Source: a virus
Lineage: Duplodnaviria; Caudoviricetes
Direction: 5' to 3' (one strand)
Virus record (IMG/VR): IMGVR_UViG_3300036792_000278
Span: 1-41,907 of that record
DNA length: 41,907 nt
The translations under genes were made by a program, and so were the position numbers. Below, in pieces: positions 1 to 7,660 of this stretch; the first letter of the stretch is position 1; each line of letters opens with the position of its first letter. Under the pieces are notes generated by a model, which saw only the letters and a list, made by a program, of their open reading frames with translations, was not told the DNA's origin and did not search any database.

Positions 1-132
1 ATACTCGACGTCGATCCAGTAATGCTCGAAAGACACGCCCGCGACCGGTGGGGAGATCCGCCGCTCCCGGGCCAGGCGAGACGTAGCACGGATAACGACG
101 TTCCTGTTGTCGATCTCGCATTTCAAGATCAT
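1..132 (-). CDS. Hypothetical early protein, 5' part (continues at 41906..41799 if circular)
   Basis: ATG at 132 preceded by AGGAG; open to window edge (MILKCEIDNRNVVIRATS...WIDVEY). Confidence 0.6.
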   Translation of the reverse strand, partial: MILKCEIDNRNVVIRATSRLARERRISPPVAGVSFEHYWIDVEY

Positions 133-141
133 GCGTGGCTC

Positions 142-357
142 CTATCGGATGTCGCGTGAGAAGATCACGCCCGGCTTGCCGTCTGGCTCCAAGGGCCATG
201 CCTTGACTTCGCCGGGATCGTCCCAGATTTGGGACTCGAACCCGCACGACAGATTCGCGAACTGCCGGGCGTCGAACTCGGTATCGGCGCGGATCAAAAC
301 CGCGGCCATCTCACCGCGGTTGCCGGCCTTGCGGCGGGTCAGTACCCAGAGTCGCAT
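142..357 (-). CDS. Hypothetical protein
   Basis: 71 aa ORF tightly packed in leftward operon. Confidence 0.6.
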   Translation of the reverse strand: MRLWVLTRRKAGNRGEMAAVLIRADTEFDARQFANLSCGFESQIWDDPGEVKAWPLEPDGKPGVIFSRDIR

Positions 358-563
358 CAGTGGCTCGCGGTGAGGACCTGGCTCGAAAGGATCGTCACCC
401 GCACTGGCCCCAATTGGGTCGTGCGGCCGGGTTGGCGTGCGGCCAGCTCGGCGAGCTGGTCCAGGTCGATTGAGCGGATGGAGACCTCGTAGGGGACGCC
501 GCTGGCCAGGCCCGTAAGCAGGATCGTCGCGGGGCCGGTCTCGTCGTGGATGCGGTCGATCAT
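357..563 (-). CDS. Hypothetical protein, apparent paralog of the end-spanning ORF
   Basis: Start MIDRIHD with GGAG upstream; shares a GVx(F/Y)E..ID..LA..A..GxVxV pattern with the junction ORF. Confidence 0.6.
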   Translation of the reverse strand: MIDRIHDETGPATILLTGLASGVPYEVSIRSIDLDQLAELAARQPGRTTQLGPVRVTILSSQVLTASH

Positions 564-567
564 TGGG

Positions 568-780
568 TTACTCTCCGTTGGTGTTGGTGGCTGCATCCTC
601 TGTCTGGTCGATCAAATCGAGGATCGCGGCTTCCTCGGTGGACCCGCGTCCGACAGGGTCGTGCGAATCCTCGGCCCCGTCGAAGTTTTCATAGACGGCG
701 CTCCAGTCGGCCATTCTCCAGCCGATTGGCGGATGGTCATAACTGGTGACGATCTTGCGTCCGTTGTGTTGAAAGGCCAT
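568..780 (-). CDS. Small acidic phage hypothetical protein
   Basis: 70 aa with DWSAV...GRGSTEEAAILDL; operon packing. Confidence 0.65.
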   Translation of the reverse strand: MAFQHNGRKIVTSYDHPPIGWRMADWSAVYENFDGAEDSHDPVGRGSTEEAAILDLIDQTEDAATNTNGE

Positions 781-840
781 CGGCCAGGCTCCGACTAAAG
801 GGCCCGGCCGGAGCCGGGCCAGGGTGAAGCGGTTCAGTCG

Positions 841-1152
841 TCACGCGACTTCGGAGATGGGGAGCGTGGTCGGATCGGACGTCTCGGGCCACTCGATGTC
901 GTACATGCTGTCCGGCTCGAGGATCTCGAGGTTGAGCGTGTTGCCGACGCGCGTGACGCGGGTGTAGACGGCGCGGCTGTACTGGCCGTAGGTCTGCACG
1001 CACACCGGCGCCTCGTCGAACAGCGGAAGGAGCCGTTCGGCAAGGGAAGCGCGCTCGGCGATCAGCTCATCCAGGGACGCGCGCGCTTCGGCGATCTTGG
1101 ACTCCAAACTGACCAGCCGGCAGAATGCGTCTTTCGGTTTCTCATACTTCAT
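841..1152 (-). CDS. Hypothetical coiled-coil protein
   Basis: Likely start MKYEKPKD at 1152 with AAAGGGG upstream. Confidence 0.6.
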   Translation of the reverse strand: MKYEKPKDAFCRLVSLESKIAEARASLDELIAERASLAERLLPLFDEAPVCVQTYGQYSRAVYTRVTRVGNTLNLEILEPDSMYDIEWPETSDPTTLPISEVA

Positions 1153-1266
1153 CGAACTGCCCCTTTGTGCGAGTGCTGTGGAAGTGAACTCAGTGGAGAT
1201 CGAGCTTGCTCCACGCTGAATCGTAACCCCGGATTTGTCGGTTGCCGTCGCGGCCACGTCCGAGCC

Positions 1267-1620
1267 TCACTGGTAGCAAGACTGGAGGAAGTGGGCCTTC
1301 AAGCACGCGTCGTAACCCTGGACCTCGGCCTGGTGGTAGAGGTCGAACTCGCGGCCGCGCTCCATCACCTCCAACCGCGCGTCGAACTCGGCCGGGCAGC
1401 GGGCCTGAAGGAGCACGGCCTCTTCGGCGATCGCGTCGATCTTCGCGGCAAGCCAGGTGGAGGCCGATGAGCCGTCGCCGTGGAAGCGGATCATCGAGCC
1501 GGCCAGCCGGATCCACTCGGGGAAGGGGAGACGTGGCTCGCTCGGGGCCACGGTCGCGTCGGGGATGAAGGGGTCGAGATCGCATTGGAAATCTTCGGGG
1601 CGGTCGGGTACAGTGGCCAT
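1267..1620 (-). CDS. First gene of leftward early operon, hypothetical
   Basis: 117 aa, GGAG upstream, downstream of a strong leftward promoter. Confidence 0.65.
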   Translation of the reverse strand: MATVPDRPEDFQCDLDPFIPDATVAPSEPRLPFPEWIRLAGSMIRFHGDGSSASTWLAAKIDAIAEEAVLLQARCPAEFDARLEVMERGREFDLYHQAEVQGYDACLKAHFLQSCYQ

Positions 1621-1718
1621 TGCTTCATCACACTCCCAAGTGGGCCCTCGTGAATGTTCAGACCATTCGCGGGGGCTTTTTTCATGCGCCGATCAAGCCA
1701 ATCTTGATCGGTCAGTGC

Positions 1719-1746
1719 ATTGTAGAGATTCGCTACACAGTGTCAA
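1719..1746 (-). promoter_or_regulatory. Leftward sigma70-type early promoter with overlapping inverted-repeat operator
   Basis: TTGACA-16 nt-TACAAT on the minus strand; TGTAG-N7-CTACA at 1721-1737. Confidence 0.7.
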
Positions 1747-1774
1747 TAGAGTGCAATGGAATTTTTGTAGAGGA

Positions 1775-1803
1775 TTGTCCGCGAGTGGCCAAGGGTATAG
1801 AAT
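1775..1803 (+). promoter_or_regulatory. Rightward sigma70-type promoter for the RHH regulator
   Basis: TTGTCC-17 nt-TAGAAT. Confidence 0.55.
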
Positions 1804-1880
1804 GACTGCTAGAGTCCAATCCGCTACACTACGTCGGCTTTCGGAGGGAACTCAGAATGTCGGGTTTGGGACTGCTGGAA

Positions 1881-2090
1881 ATGGAACGGAAAACTCCGAA
1901 GACGACGCCAGTCAGGATCACGGACGAGGCGATCCGATGGGCACGCATCGCATCCGGCTACACCGGCGAGTCGGTGGCTGAGTATGTGAGCCGGATCGTC
2001 GAAGAGCGGGGGAAGCACGACGCGGATCGCCTCCACGCCGAGGCGACGTCGCCCCCGCCTCCCAAGCGCAAGCCCAAGGCCGGCGACTGA
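1881..2090 (+). CDS. Ribbon-helix-helix transcriptional regulator, candidate repressor (alternative start 1857)
   Basis: TTPVRIT beta-strand then two helices (EAIRWARIASGYTGESVAEYVSRIV); divergent from the early operon. Confidence 0.65.
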   Translation: MERKTPKTTPVRITDEAIRWARIASGYTGESVAEYVSRIVEERGKHDADRLHAEATSPPPPKRKPKAGD

Positions 2091-2254
2091 CCCGATCGTT
2101 GCCCCGGCCCTCGGCGCGCGTTAGCCTCGAATCATCGCGTGCCCGCAAACACGCTCCGATCTGGGCCAGGGCCCTCCCTGGCTCGAAGCGCCCCCACCGG
2201 GCTTTGCGGACTGGTGGGGGCGTTGCTAGTTCGAAGGGGCTATTCCAAAAAATA

Positions 2255-2296
2255 ATGCGATACCCCATTGACTTCTGGTATGGGCTATCGCATAAT
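2255..2296 (+). promoter_or_regulatory. Promoter bracketed by a 14-bp inverted-repeat operator
   Basis: TTGACT(2268)-17 nt-CATAAT(2291); ATGCGATACCCCAT / ATGGGCTATCGCAT, one mismatch. Confidence 0.7.
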
Positions 2297-2340
2297 CAGG
2301 GTGTGGAGACGAAGACGGCCCCCGAGAACAGGAGACTGAG

Positions 2341-2649
2341 ATGACGGTCGATATCAACGATTCGCCGACCTACAGCATGCACCTGAATCAGTGGCTCGGC
2401 GGCGAGGTCCCGACGTTGCCGGATGGCCCAATCGAGCTGTACGAGCCGTGCGAAGCCGATCGCACATGGGAAATGGATGCCGATGCGAACTTCGAAGTCG
2501 AGTTCCGCGGCGAATATCCGGACATGATGGCTGCGATCAAGGATCTGGTCGGAGAATACGGCCGCTACATGTGGTCGACGCCCGACTCCAACACGTATCT
2601 GGGCTTCCTGAACCATGCCCCCGGATCGATCGCGATTATCACCTACTGA
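2341..2649 (+). CDS. Hypothetical protein
   Basis: 102 aa, AGGAG RBS, first gene after the 2268 promoter. Confidence 0.65.
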   Translation: MTVDINDSPTYSMHLNQWLGGEVPTLPDGPIELYEPCEADRTWEMDADANFEVEFRGEYPDMMAAIKDLVGEYGRYMWSTPDSNTYLGFLNHAPGSIAIITY

Positions 2650-2749
2650 ACGACCCGCGCCGAACCCCCTCTCGCTCGAAGAGAGGGGGCTGGCCTGGGC
2701 CGTCTCGCGGTGAGATGGCCGGTGAGAGAGATGGGGGGGGGGAATTGAG

Positions 2750-3106
2750 ATGACGACCGCAACCCGACCGACGATGACGCCCGCCGAGTATGCGAAGGAG
2801 ATTTACGCCGGTTGGCACAGAGAGGACACCGTGTGCTACACCGACAGTCGCGGCCGATTTCAACACTACTCGAATCGGCAATTGCTGCTGTATCTACCGG
2901 GCCGCCCCGAGATCGTCTCCCCTGGCTCCGGTGCGAGCGAGGAGCGCTGGATCAGCTACTGGCCGGAATCAGATGAGCCGGACATCCGCAGTGCGGCGGC
3001 GGACCGGTGCCGACGCGACGCCGAAGAACTCCGCTCCAACGTGGCTTCGGCCGGGACGATCGAGGACGCTGCGGAAATCGTCAATCGCTTCTATCAGGAA
3101 TCCTGA
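2750..3106 (+). CDS. Hypothetical protein
   Basis: 118 aa, G-rich RBS. Confidence 0.6.
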   Translation: MTTATRPTMTPAEYAKEIYAGWHREDTVCYTDSRGRFQHYSNRQLLLYLPGRPEIVSPGSGASEERWISYWPESDEPDIRSAAADRCRRDAEELRSNVASAGTIEDAAEIVNRFYQES

Positions 3107-3110
3107 CCCA

Positions 3111-3356
3111 ATGCCCGCTAAAACCCAACCCGCCCCCGGCGAGCGCGTCCGCGCTCGCCGCCTCGCGCTCGGTCTCAGCCAGACAGAGCTGGCCGAGCGC
3201 GCCGGCGTGGGGCAAGGCACGCTCAGCCGCTACGAGCGCGGTGACAGCGACCAGCTCTCGCGCGCCAACGTCTTCCTCCTCGCGCACCTGCTCGGGCTCC
3301 CAGCAAAGGACCTCGATCCGTGGTTCGCCGACTTCCACCCCTTTGAGGCTCCTTGA
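3111..3356 (+). CDS. XRE-family helix-turn-helix regulator
   Basis: GERVRARRLALGLSQTELAERAGVGQGTLSRYERG, classic HTH_3 pattern. Confidence 0.9.
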   Translation: MPAKTQPAPGERVRARRLALGLSQTELAERAGVGQGTLSRYERGDSDQLSRANVFLLAHLLGLPAKDLDPWFADFHPFEAP

Positions 3357-4120
3357 TGCTCCGGCACATCACCCTCTCTCGCCCCCTGGCCGTCTTCGAC
3401 CTGGAGACCACCGGCCCGCACAGTGACCGCGACCGGATCATCGAGATCAGCATTCTCCGTCTCGCGGTCGACGGCACGTCGAACCATCTGACCCAGCGCG
3501 TCAACCCGGAGATGCCGATCGGTCCGGGGGCCACGGAAATCCACGGAATCACCGACGCGGACGTCGCCGGCGAGCCCACGTTCCGCCAGGTCGTGCGCGA
3601 AGTCCTCACGTGGCTCGATGGGTGCGACCTCTGCGGCTACAACTTACGGCGGTTTGATCTAAGGATGTTGATCAACGAGTGCAAGCGGATTGGCGTGCGG
3701 TTCGACCCGACCACGCGGAAGGTGATCGACCCCATGGTCATCTTTCACCAACGGGAACGCCGGGACCTGGTAGCGGCCGTCAAGCGATATTGCGATCGCG
3801 ACCACCTCGAAGCCCACGGAGCCCGGGCCGACGTCCTGGCCACGCTCGACGTCTTGAACGCCCAGCTCGAGCACTACGCGGACCTGCCCCGCACGATCGA
3901 CGAGTTGCACGACGCATGCAGCGATCCCGCCGCCGTGGACTTCGAGGGGAAGTTCAAGAGGATCGACGGAAAGGTGGTGATCACCATCGGCAAGTATGCC
4001 GGCCGGGCCGTGGAGGAGCTGGTCACGATCCCCGATGGGAGGGGCTTCCTTCAGTGGATGCTCGGCAAGGATTTTTTGGACGACACCAAGGCGGTCGCGC
4101 GCTTCTACCTCAACGACTGA
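3353..4120 (+). CDS. DEDDh 3'-5' exonuclease (DnaQ/epsilon-like) with C-terminal GKY-G small domain
   Basis: DLETTG, GYNLRRFD and AHGARAD motifs; GKYAGR...FLQWML tail. Confidence 0.9.
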   Translation: MMLRHITLSRPLAVFDLETTGPHSDRDRIIEISILRLAVDGTSNHLTQRVNPEMPIGPGATEIHGITDADVAGEPTFRQVVREVLTWLDGCDLCGYNLRRFDLRMLINECKRIGVRFDPTTRKVIDPMVIFHQRERRDLVAAVKRYCDRDHLEAHGARADVLATLDVLNAQLEHYADLPRTIDELHDACSDPAAVDFEGKFKRIDGKVVITIGKYAGRAVEELVTIPDGRGFLQWMLGKDFLDDTKAVARFYLND

Positions 4121-4156
4121 CCTTGCCCGCCCCCCGGTTCGCGGTACACTCCCCGC

Positions 4157-4246
4157 GCCGCCCTCCGCCAAAGGGCCGCCCGCTGTCGAATAGGCGCCGC
4201 TGTCCACGTGCCCGGCAGGGAGGCCTCCCACCGGGCCTTTTCTTTT
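4157..4246 (+). ncRNA. Candidate ~90-nt small RNA
   Basis: TTGCCC-16 nt-TACACT promoter (4123-4150); ends in GCCCGG..GGGAGGCCTCCC..CCGGGC hairpin plus TTTTCTTTT; no ORF. Confidence 0.4.
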
Positions 4247-4328
4247 GATCTTCGCGCGGGGCAGGGCCGGCCGTAGATTGCTCTCGACGGACGGCCTGAC
4301 CAGCTCCGTCGCGTGACGTGATTTTGCA

Positions 4329-4364
4329 GGGGCCGTGGCGCTCGTGGCGCCACGGCCTCTTTTC
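4329..4364 (+). terminator. Rho-independent terminator
   Basis: GGCCGTGGCGC-TCGTG-GCGCCACGGCC followed by TCTTTT. Confidence 0.6.
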
Positions 4365-4534
4365 ATTGCGCGGGTCCTGGCCCGAGTGTGCCGGTGAGGG
4401 GGATTTTGCGGGGGCGGTATACAGCAGTCCCAAGCCGCAAGCCGATAACTCGGGTGGTACCCTTTTGGCGGCCGGGCCATGCGTCGGACTGTTTATCCGT
4501 CAGCAGCTCGGCCGCCCAATGCGAGGTTAGCCCC

Positions 4535-5143
4535 ATGCGCCGACCGCTTTTCCTCGGCGTGCTCTTACTCTGCGCACGCCCGAGCCTGGCCGATGAGCCT
4601 GCTCTCTCCGTCGCTCCCGATCCCATGCCGGCGTCTTTCGCTGGACTTGTGGGCGCTCTCAACTGGGCCCCGGGCTCTGGTCCCGCGGCTGAATCCAACA
4701 CGCCCGCGGCCCCGTCTCCGCAGACGCCGGCCCCCCCGAAATCCATTCCCACACCCCATGCCGCGGTGCTACAGGCGCCCGCCGCGTCGACCATTGAGGT
4801 CCACCATTATCACCACTTCGTGCCGAACGCGGCGGCGCCGGTGATGCAAGCCGTCGTCCAGGCCCCGGTCATCACGCCGCCGGCCACGCAGCTCGTGACC
4901 ACCACGCAAACCGTCGCCGTCCCCCAGCAGACGATCGTCCGCCGAGCTGGGCCGCTCCGCCGCACGCTCGGGGGGGCCTTCCGGGAGCTGTCCAAGATCG
5001 GCTGGGATCGCCAGGTCCAGCTCGTGCCGCCCGTGCAAAAGATCGTCACGACGTCGGTCGTCCCGGCCACGGCCCCGGTGATGGCCAATACCGAGGTGCC
5101 GGCCCCGCCCATGGCGCCGGTGATGAGCAGTCCGCAGAGGTGA
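4535..5143 (+). CDS. Secreted Pro/Ala/Val-rich low-complexity protein
   Basis: Signal-peptide-like MRRPLFLGVLLLCARPSLA-D; GAGG RBS. Confidence 0.6.
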   Translation: MRRPLFLGVLLLCARPSLADEPALSVAPDPMPASFAGLVGALNWAPGSGPAAESNTPAAPSPQTPAPPKSIPTPHAAVLQAPAASTIEVHHYHHFVPNAAAPVMQAVVQAPVITPPATQLVTTTQTVAVPQQTIVRRAGPLRRTLGGAFRELSKIGWDRQVQLVPPVQKIVTTSVVPATAPVMANTEVPAPPMAPVMSSPQR

Positions 5144-5173
5144 CGGCCTCCCTCGGTGGGAGGCTTTCCTCGG

Positions 5174-5207
5174 CCCGCCGCGCTGCTCGCCCGGCGCGGC
5201 GGGTTTT
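5174..5207 (+). terminator. Rho-independent terminator
   Basis: CCCGCCGCGC-loop-GCGCGGCGGG followed by TTTT. Confidence 0.6.
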
Positions 5208-5208
5208 C

Positions 5209-5313
5209 CCCGATCGTTTGGCAGTGGTCAGGCCATGAGCGTGCGGTAAAGTCCCCGGACGCCAGCCCGGGTTAGAAAGCGGGGACTCGCGGGTTCGAAT
5301 CCCGCCGTCGGGA
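5209..5313 (+). ncRNA. tRNA-like RNA with a non-canonical expanded central region
   Basis: Perfect T-arm GCGGG-TTCGAAT-CCCGC; acceptor-like CCCGA(T)CG/CGTCGGG; D-like arm TGGC-AGTGGTCAG-GCCA; 8-bp stem with a 22-nt loop instead of an anticodon arm. Confidence 0.5.
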
Positions 5314-5314
5314 A

Positions 5315-5782
5315 TCAGGATGGTGGCGGGGCGGGCGGGCCCGGGGTCGTGACCGGGCCCGCCGTTTTTACAGCCGGGAGCAACTGTCGAGCGGACTCGA
5401 AACATCGGCCCGCCGGCCAACGGATATCGACCTCCCCCGGCTCGAGAGGCAATGGCGATTGAACCACAACTCCTATCCCAGAGCCCCGGCCCCAAGAGTC
5501 GAATTCGTTGGGTTCCCATGTCGCGGGATTTCGAACGACGCGATCGCCGACTTTGAACTCTTTCACCGGTTCCTCAGCAGTTTCAATGTATGTTCGTATT
5601 GTGATTGCGAAGCTGCAATTTCTACATTGAAACACATACTCTCTTGTGTATTCAGAATCACATGTGTCTATGATATCGGGGCGTCCGAGGCTATGGCCGC
5701 CGTATGCGCAGGGGTAGACCGAGCGCAATCCGTGCCGCTCGCCGTAGTTCCGCATGCGTTCGACGTGATGGAGGTAATCCAT
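5315..5782 (-). CDS. Zn-ribbon plus SH3-like (MIB/HERC2-like) domain protein
   Basis: CAYGGH...CRNC; FKVGDRVVRNPATW...D..G.G..GVVV...VDIRWPAG; locally low GC. Confidence 0.55.
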   Translation of the reverse strand: MDYLHHVERMRNYGERHGLRSVYPCAYGGHSLGRPDIIDTCDSEYTREYVFQCRNCSFAITIRTYIETAEEPVKEFKVGDRVVRNPATWEPNEFDSWGRGSGIGVVVQSPLPLEPGEVDIRWPAGRCFESARQLLPAVKTAGPVTTPGPPAPPPS

Positions 5783-5911
5783 TCGGATAATTCCCCTGGT
5801 CTGTTTCGCTTCAACCGCCAGTCATATCACGGACTTAGATGCGATGCACCCACCCCAAAACTGGCTCCGATAACGACAGTGCAGCATCCGACAATCGCTC
5901 TTAAATGTGCC

Positions 5912-6922
5912 TCACGATTCCCCGAGAAGGCGTGACATTTCGCCCGCGACGTCCTCCAAGTTATCCACATACTTCTGAGTGGTCTTTGGGTCCTTGTGGC
6001 GGAGCGCTCGTTGGATCTTGAGCACGTTCCCGTTCGACCTCCGAGCCATCTCGGTCGCCGCCTGGTGGCGGAGCCCGTGGGGACGCGCCGGCGTCTTGAG
6101 GCCCGCGGCCGAGCTCACGACCCTCACCAGCTCCCAGACCGCCCGCCCGCCGATCCGTTGAACTTCCTTCGCTGCATGATCGAGCCGGACGAACAGCGGC
6201 CCCGGGTCTGAACCGCGGGCCTCAATCCAGCGCTCGAGGGCAGCGACCGTCTCGCCGTTGGGAGTGACCAGCTCCTTTTCATACCGACCCTTGCCGATGA
6301 TCGCGAGCCGGCCCGTCTCCGCATTCCAGTCGGCCAGATCGAGCTGCACGACCTCTTCGCGGCGGAGCGCGCTGAAGTAGAGCAGGCAGATGATGGAGAG
6401 GTTCCGCCGGCCGAGGTGCGTCCGGGTCGCCTCGCGTTGAGCGGATTCGTAGATCCTCAGCCAGCCAGCTCGGCCTGGCCCCGCTGTGTCTCGGTAGCTT
6501 TCCACCGGCAGCCCGTCGACCGTCAGAGCCCACGTGACGACGTCGTACCGGTTCGCGAGGTCGATGATCCGCGAGACGGTCGAGATCCGGCGGTTGACCG
6601 TCGTGGGTTTGAGGCCGCGGCCCAGCATCCATCGCTGGTATGCGGTCACCAGGGCGTTGGCCGGCCCCCGGCCGGAGCCGCACAGCCCGGCACACGCCGC
6701 CCTCGGGTGGGCCCCCGGCTCGAGGATGCTGCGCTCGATGAGGAACCGTAGCAGGTCCCGGACGTCGCTCTCGCGGGCCATGCGCGTCTTGTCCTTCGTC
6801 GCGTCGGCAAGGAGCGCGTCATACAGCTCCCACACGCCGATCGGTTTCACAACGGATGGCTGAAGAACAGCCGGTGAACAGCCGTCCTCATTTGGCAGGG
6901 GAACCAGCTCGTTATTCATCAT
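5912..6922 (-). CDS. Tyrosine recombinase (XerC-like resolvase), distinct from the integrase
   Basis: Catalytic set LRREE (R), GKG (K), HGLRH, LRHK, TQKY; likely start MMNNELV. Confidence 0.9.
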   Translation of the reverse strand: MMNNELVPLPNEDGCSPAVLQPSVVKPIGVWELYDALLADATKDKTRMARESDVRDLLRFLIERSILEPGAHPRAACAGLCGSGRGPANALVTAYQRWMLGRGLKPTTVNRRISTVSRIIDLANRYDVVTWALTVDGLPVESYRDTAGPGRAGWLRIYESAQREATRTHLGRRNLSIICLLYFSALRREEVVQLDLADWNAETGRLAIIGKGRYEKELVTPNGETVAALERWIEARGSDPGPLFVRLDHAAKEVQRIGGRAVWELVRVVSSAAGLKTPARPHGLRHQAATEMARRSNGNVLKIQRALRHKDPKTTQKYVDNLEDVAGEMSRLLGES

Positions 6923-6944
6923 AGTGTTTCCGTGTACACAAAGT

Positions 6945-6972
6945 GAAACTGCTAATGTCAATTATCTGAGGC
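6945..6972. promoter_or_regulatory. Putative Xer/dif-like recombination site upstream of the recombinase
   Basis: GAAACTGCTAA-TGTCAA-TTATCTGAGGC: 11-6-11 layout with TAA-N6-TTAT core. Confidence 0.45.
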
Positions 6973-7071
6973 CAAGCTCCAGCCGGCAACGCATGCCGTC
7001 AAATTTTCGCTCATAGTTAAAATCCGAAGCTATCATAGCCTCCACAAGATGAGCACCTTGGGTAAATCACC

Positions 7072-7437
7072 GTGTCACCTCCCAGGCGGGTCCGATGGAA
7101 ACCGGAAGCGGCGACCGCGGCCAGTAACGCGGCCAAGCACCGTGGGCGGCATTGCAGCAACCCGGCCACCGGCGATCCGCAATACACCCCAGATCAGGAA
7201 GAGTTCATCAAAGCGGTCCTGCGCTACCAGCAGGATCGCCATGTCCCCTTCCCGACGGCGTGTGATTACCTGGCTGTGCTCAAGTCGCTTGGTTATCGGA
7301 AATGTTCAACTGATGGACAGATCGATGCTGACGTTCGATCGGATCCGGCCGGACCCGGAGTGTCGGTTGATGGCCCTCGCCGAAAGAGACCCTATCGGCG
7401 ACGGTTGCCCCCAGATCGTCCCTTGCACGACTCGTGA
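7072..7437 (+). CDS. Small protein resembling a conserved planctomycete family
   Basis: YTPDQEEFIKAVLRYQQDRHVPFPTACDYLAVLKSLGYRK matches a recalled Y..DE.EFM.A...Y....RPFPTW.E.L.V...LGYRK motif. Confidence 0.65.
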   Translation: MSPPRRVRWKPEAATAASNAAKHRGRHCSNPATGDPQYTPDQEEFIKAVLRYQQDRHVPFPTACDYLAVLKSLGYRKCSTDGQIDADVRSDPAGPGVSVDGPRRKRPYRRRLPPDRPLHDS

Positions 7438-7648
7438 ATTCCGGGATGAGCCCGCCGAGGTGCTCGAGAAGGTGCTCGTCCAGGACCTCGAGGTGATGGT
7501 GTTCGCGCCGCTCGATCCGTCTGTGATCACCCGGAGCCGGCGATCGCGGCCCGTCGCCGTACTCATGCCGATGGCCCGATACGAGCGTTACGCCCAGCTC
7601 GAGGCCGACGCCCTGGCCCTCGGCCGTGCCTTCGCCGAATCCAACTAA
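7370..7648 (+). CDS. Phd/YefM-like antitoxin-fold DNA-binding protein
   Basis: TTREFRDEPAEVLEKV...ITR...RPVAVLMPMARYERY; GGAG RBS before ATG 7370. Confidence 0.55.
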   Translation: MALAERDPIGDGCPQIVPCTTREFRDEPAEVLEKVLVQDLEVMVFAPLDPSVITRSRRSRPVAVLMPMARYERYAQLEADALALGRAFAESN

Positions 7649-7660
7649 CCCAGGGCCGCA

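Noticed and set aside
5258-5279. tRNA-like loop as antisense to 7645-7656, upstream of gene 7661
   Set aside because: Only about 11 nt with a gap; compatible with chance
7049-7369. N-terminal extension of the 199-aa ORF 7049..7648
   Set aside because: Overlaps the better-supported 7072..7437 gene; an RBS supports a start at 7370
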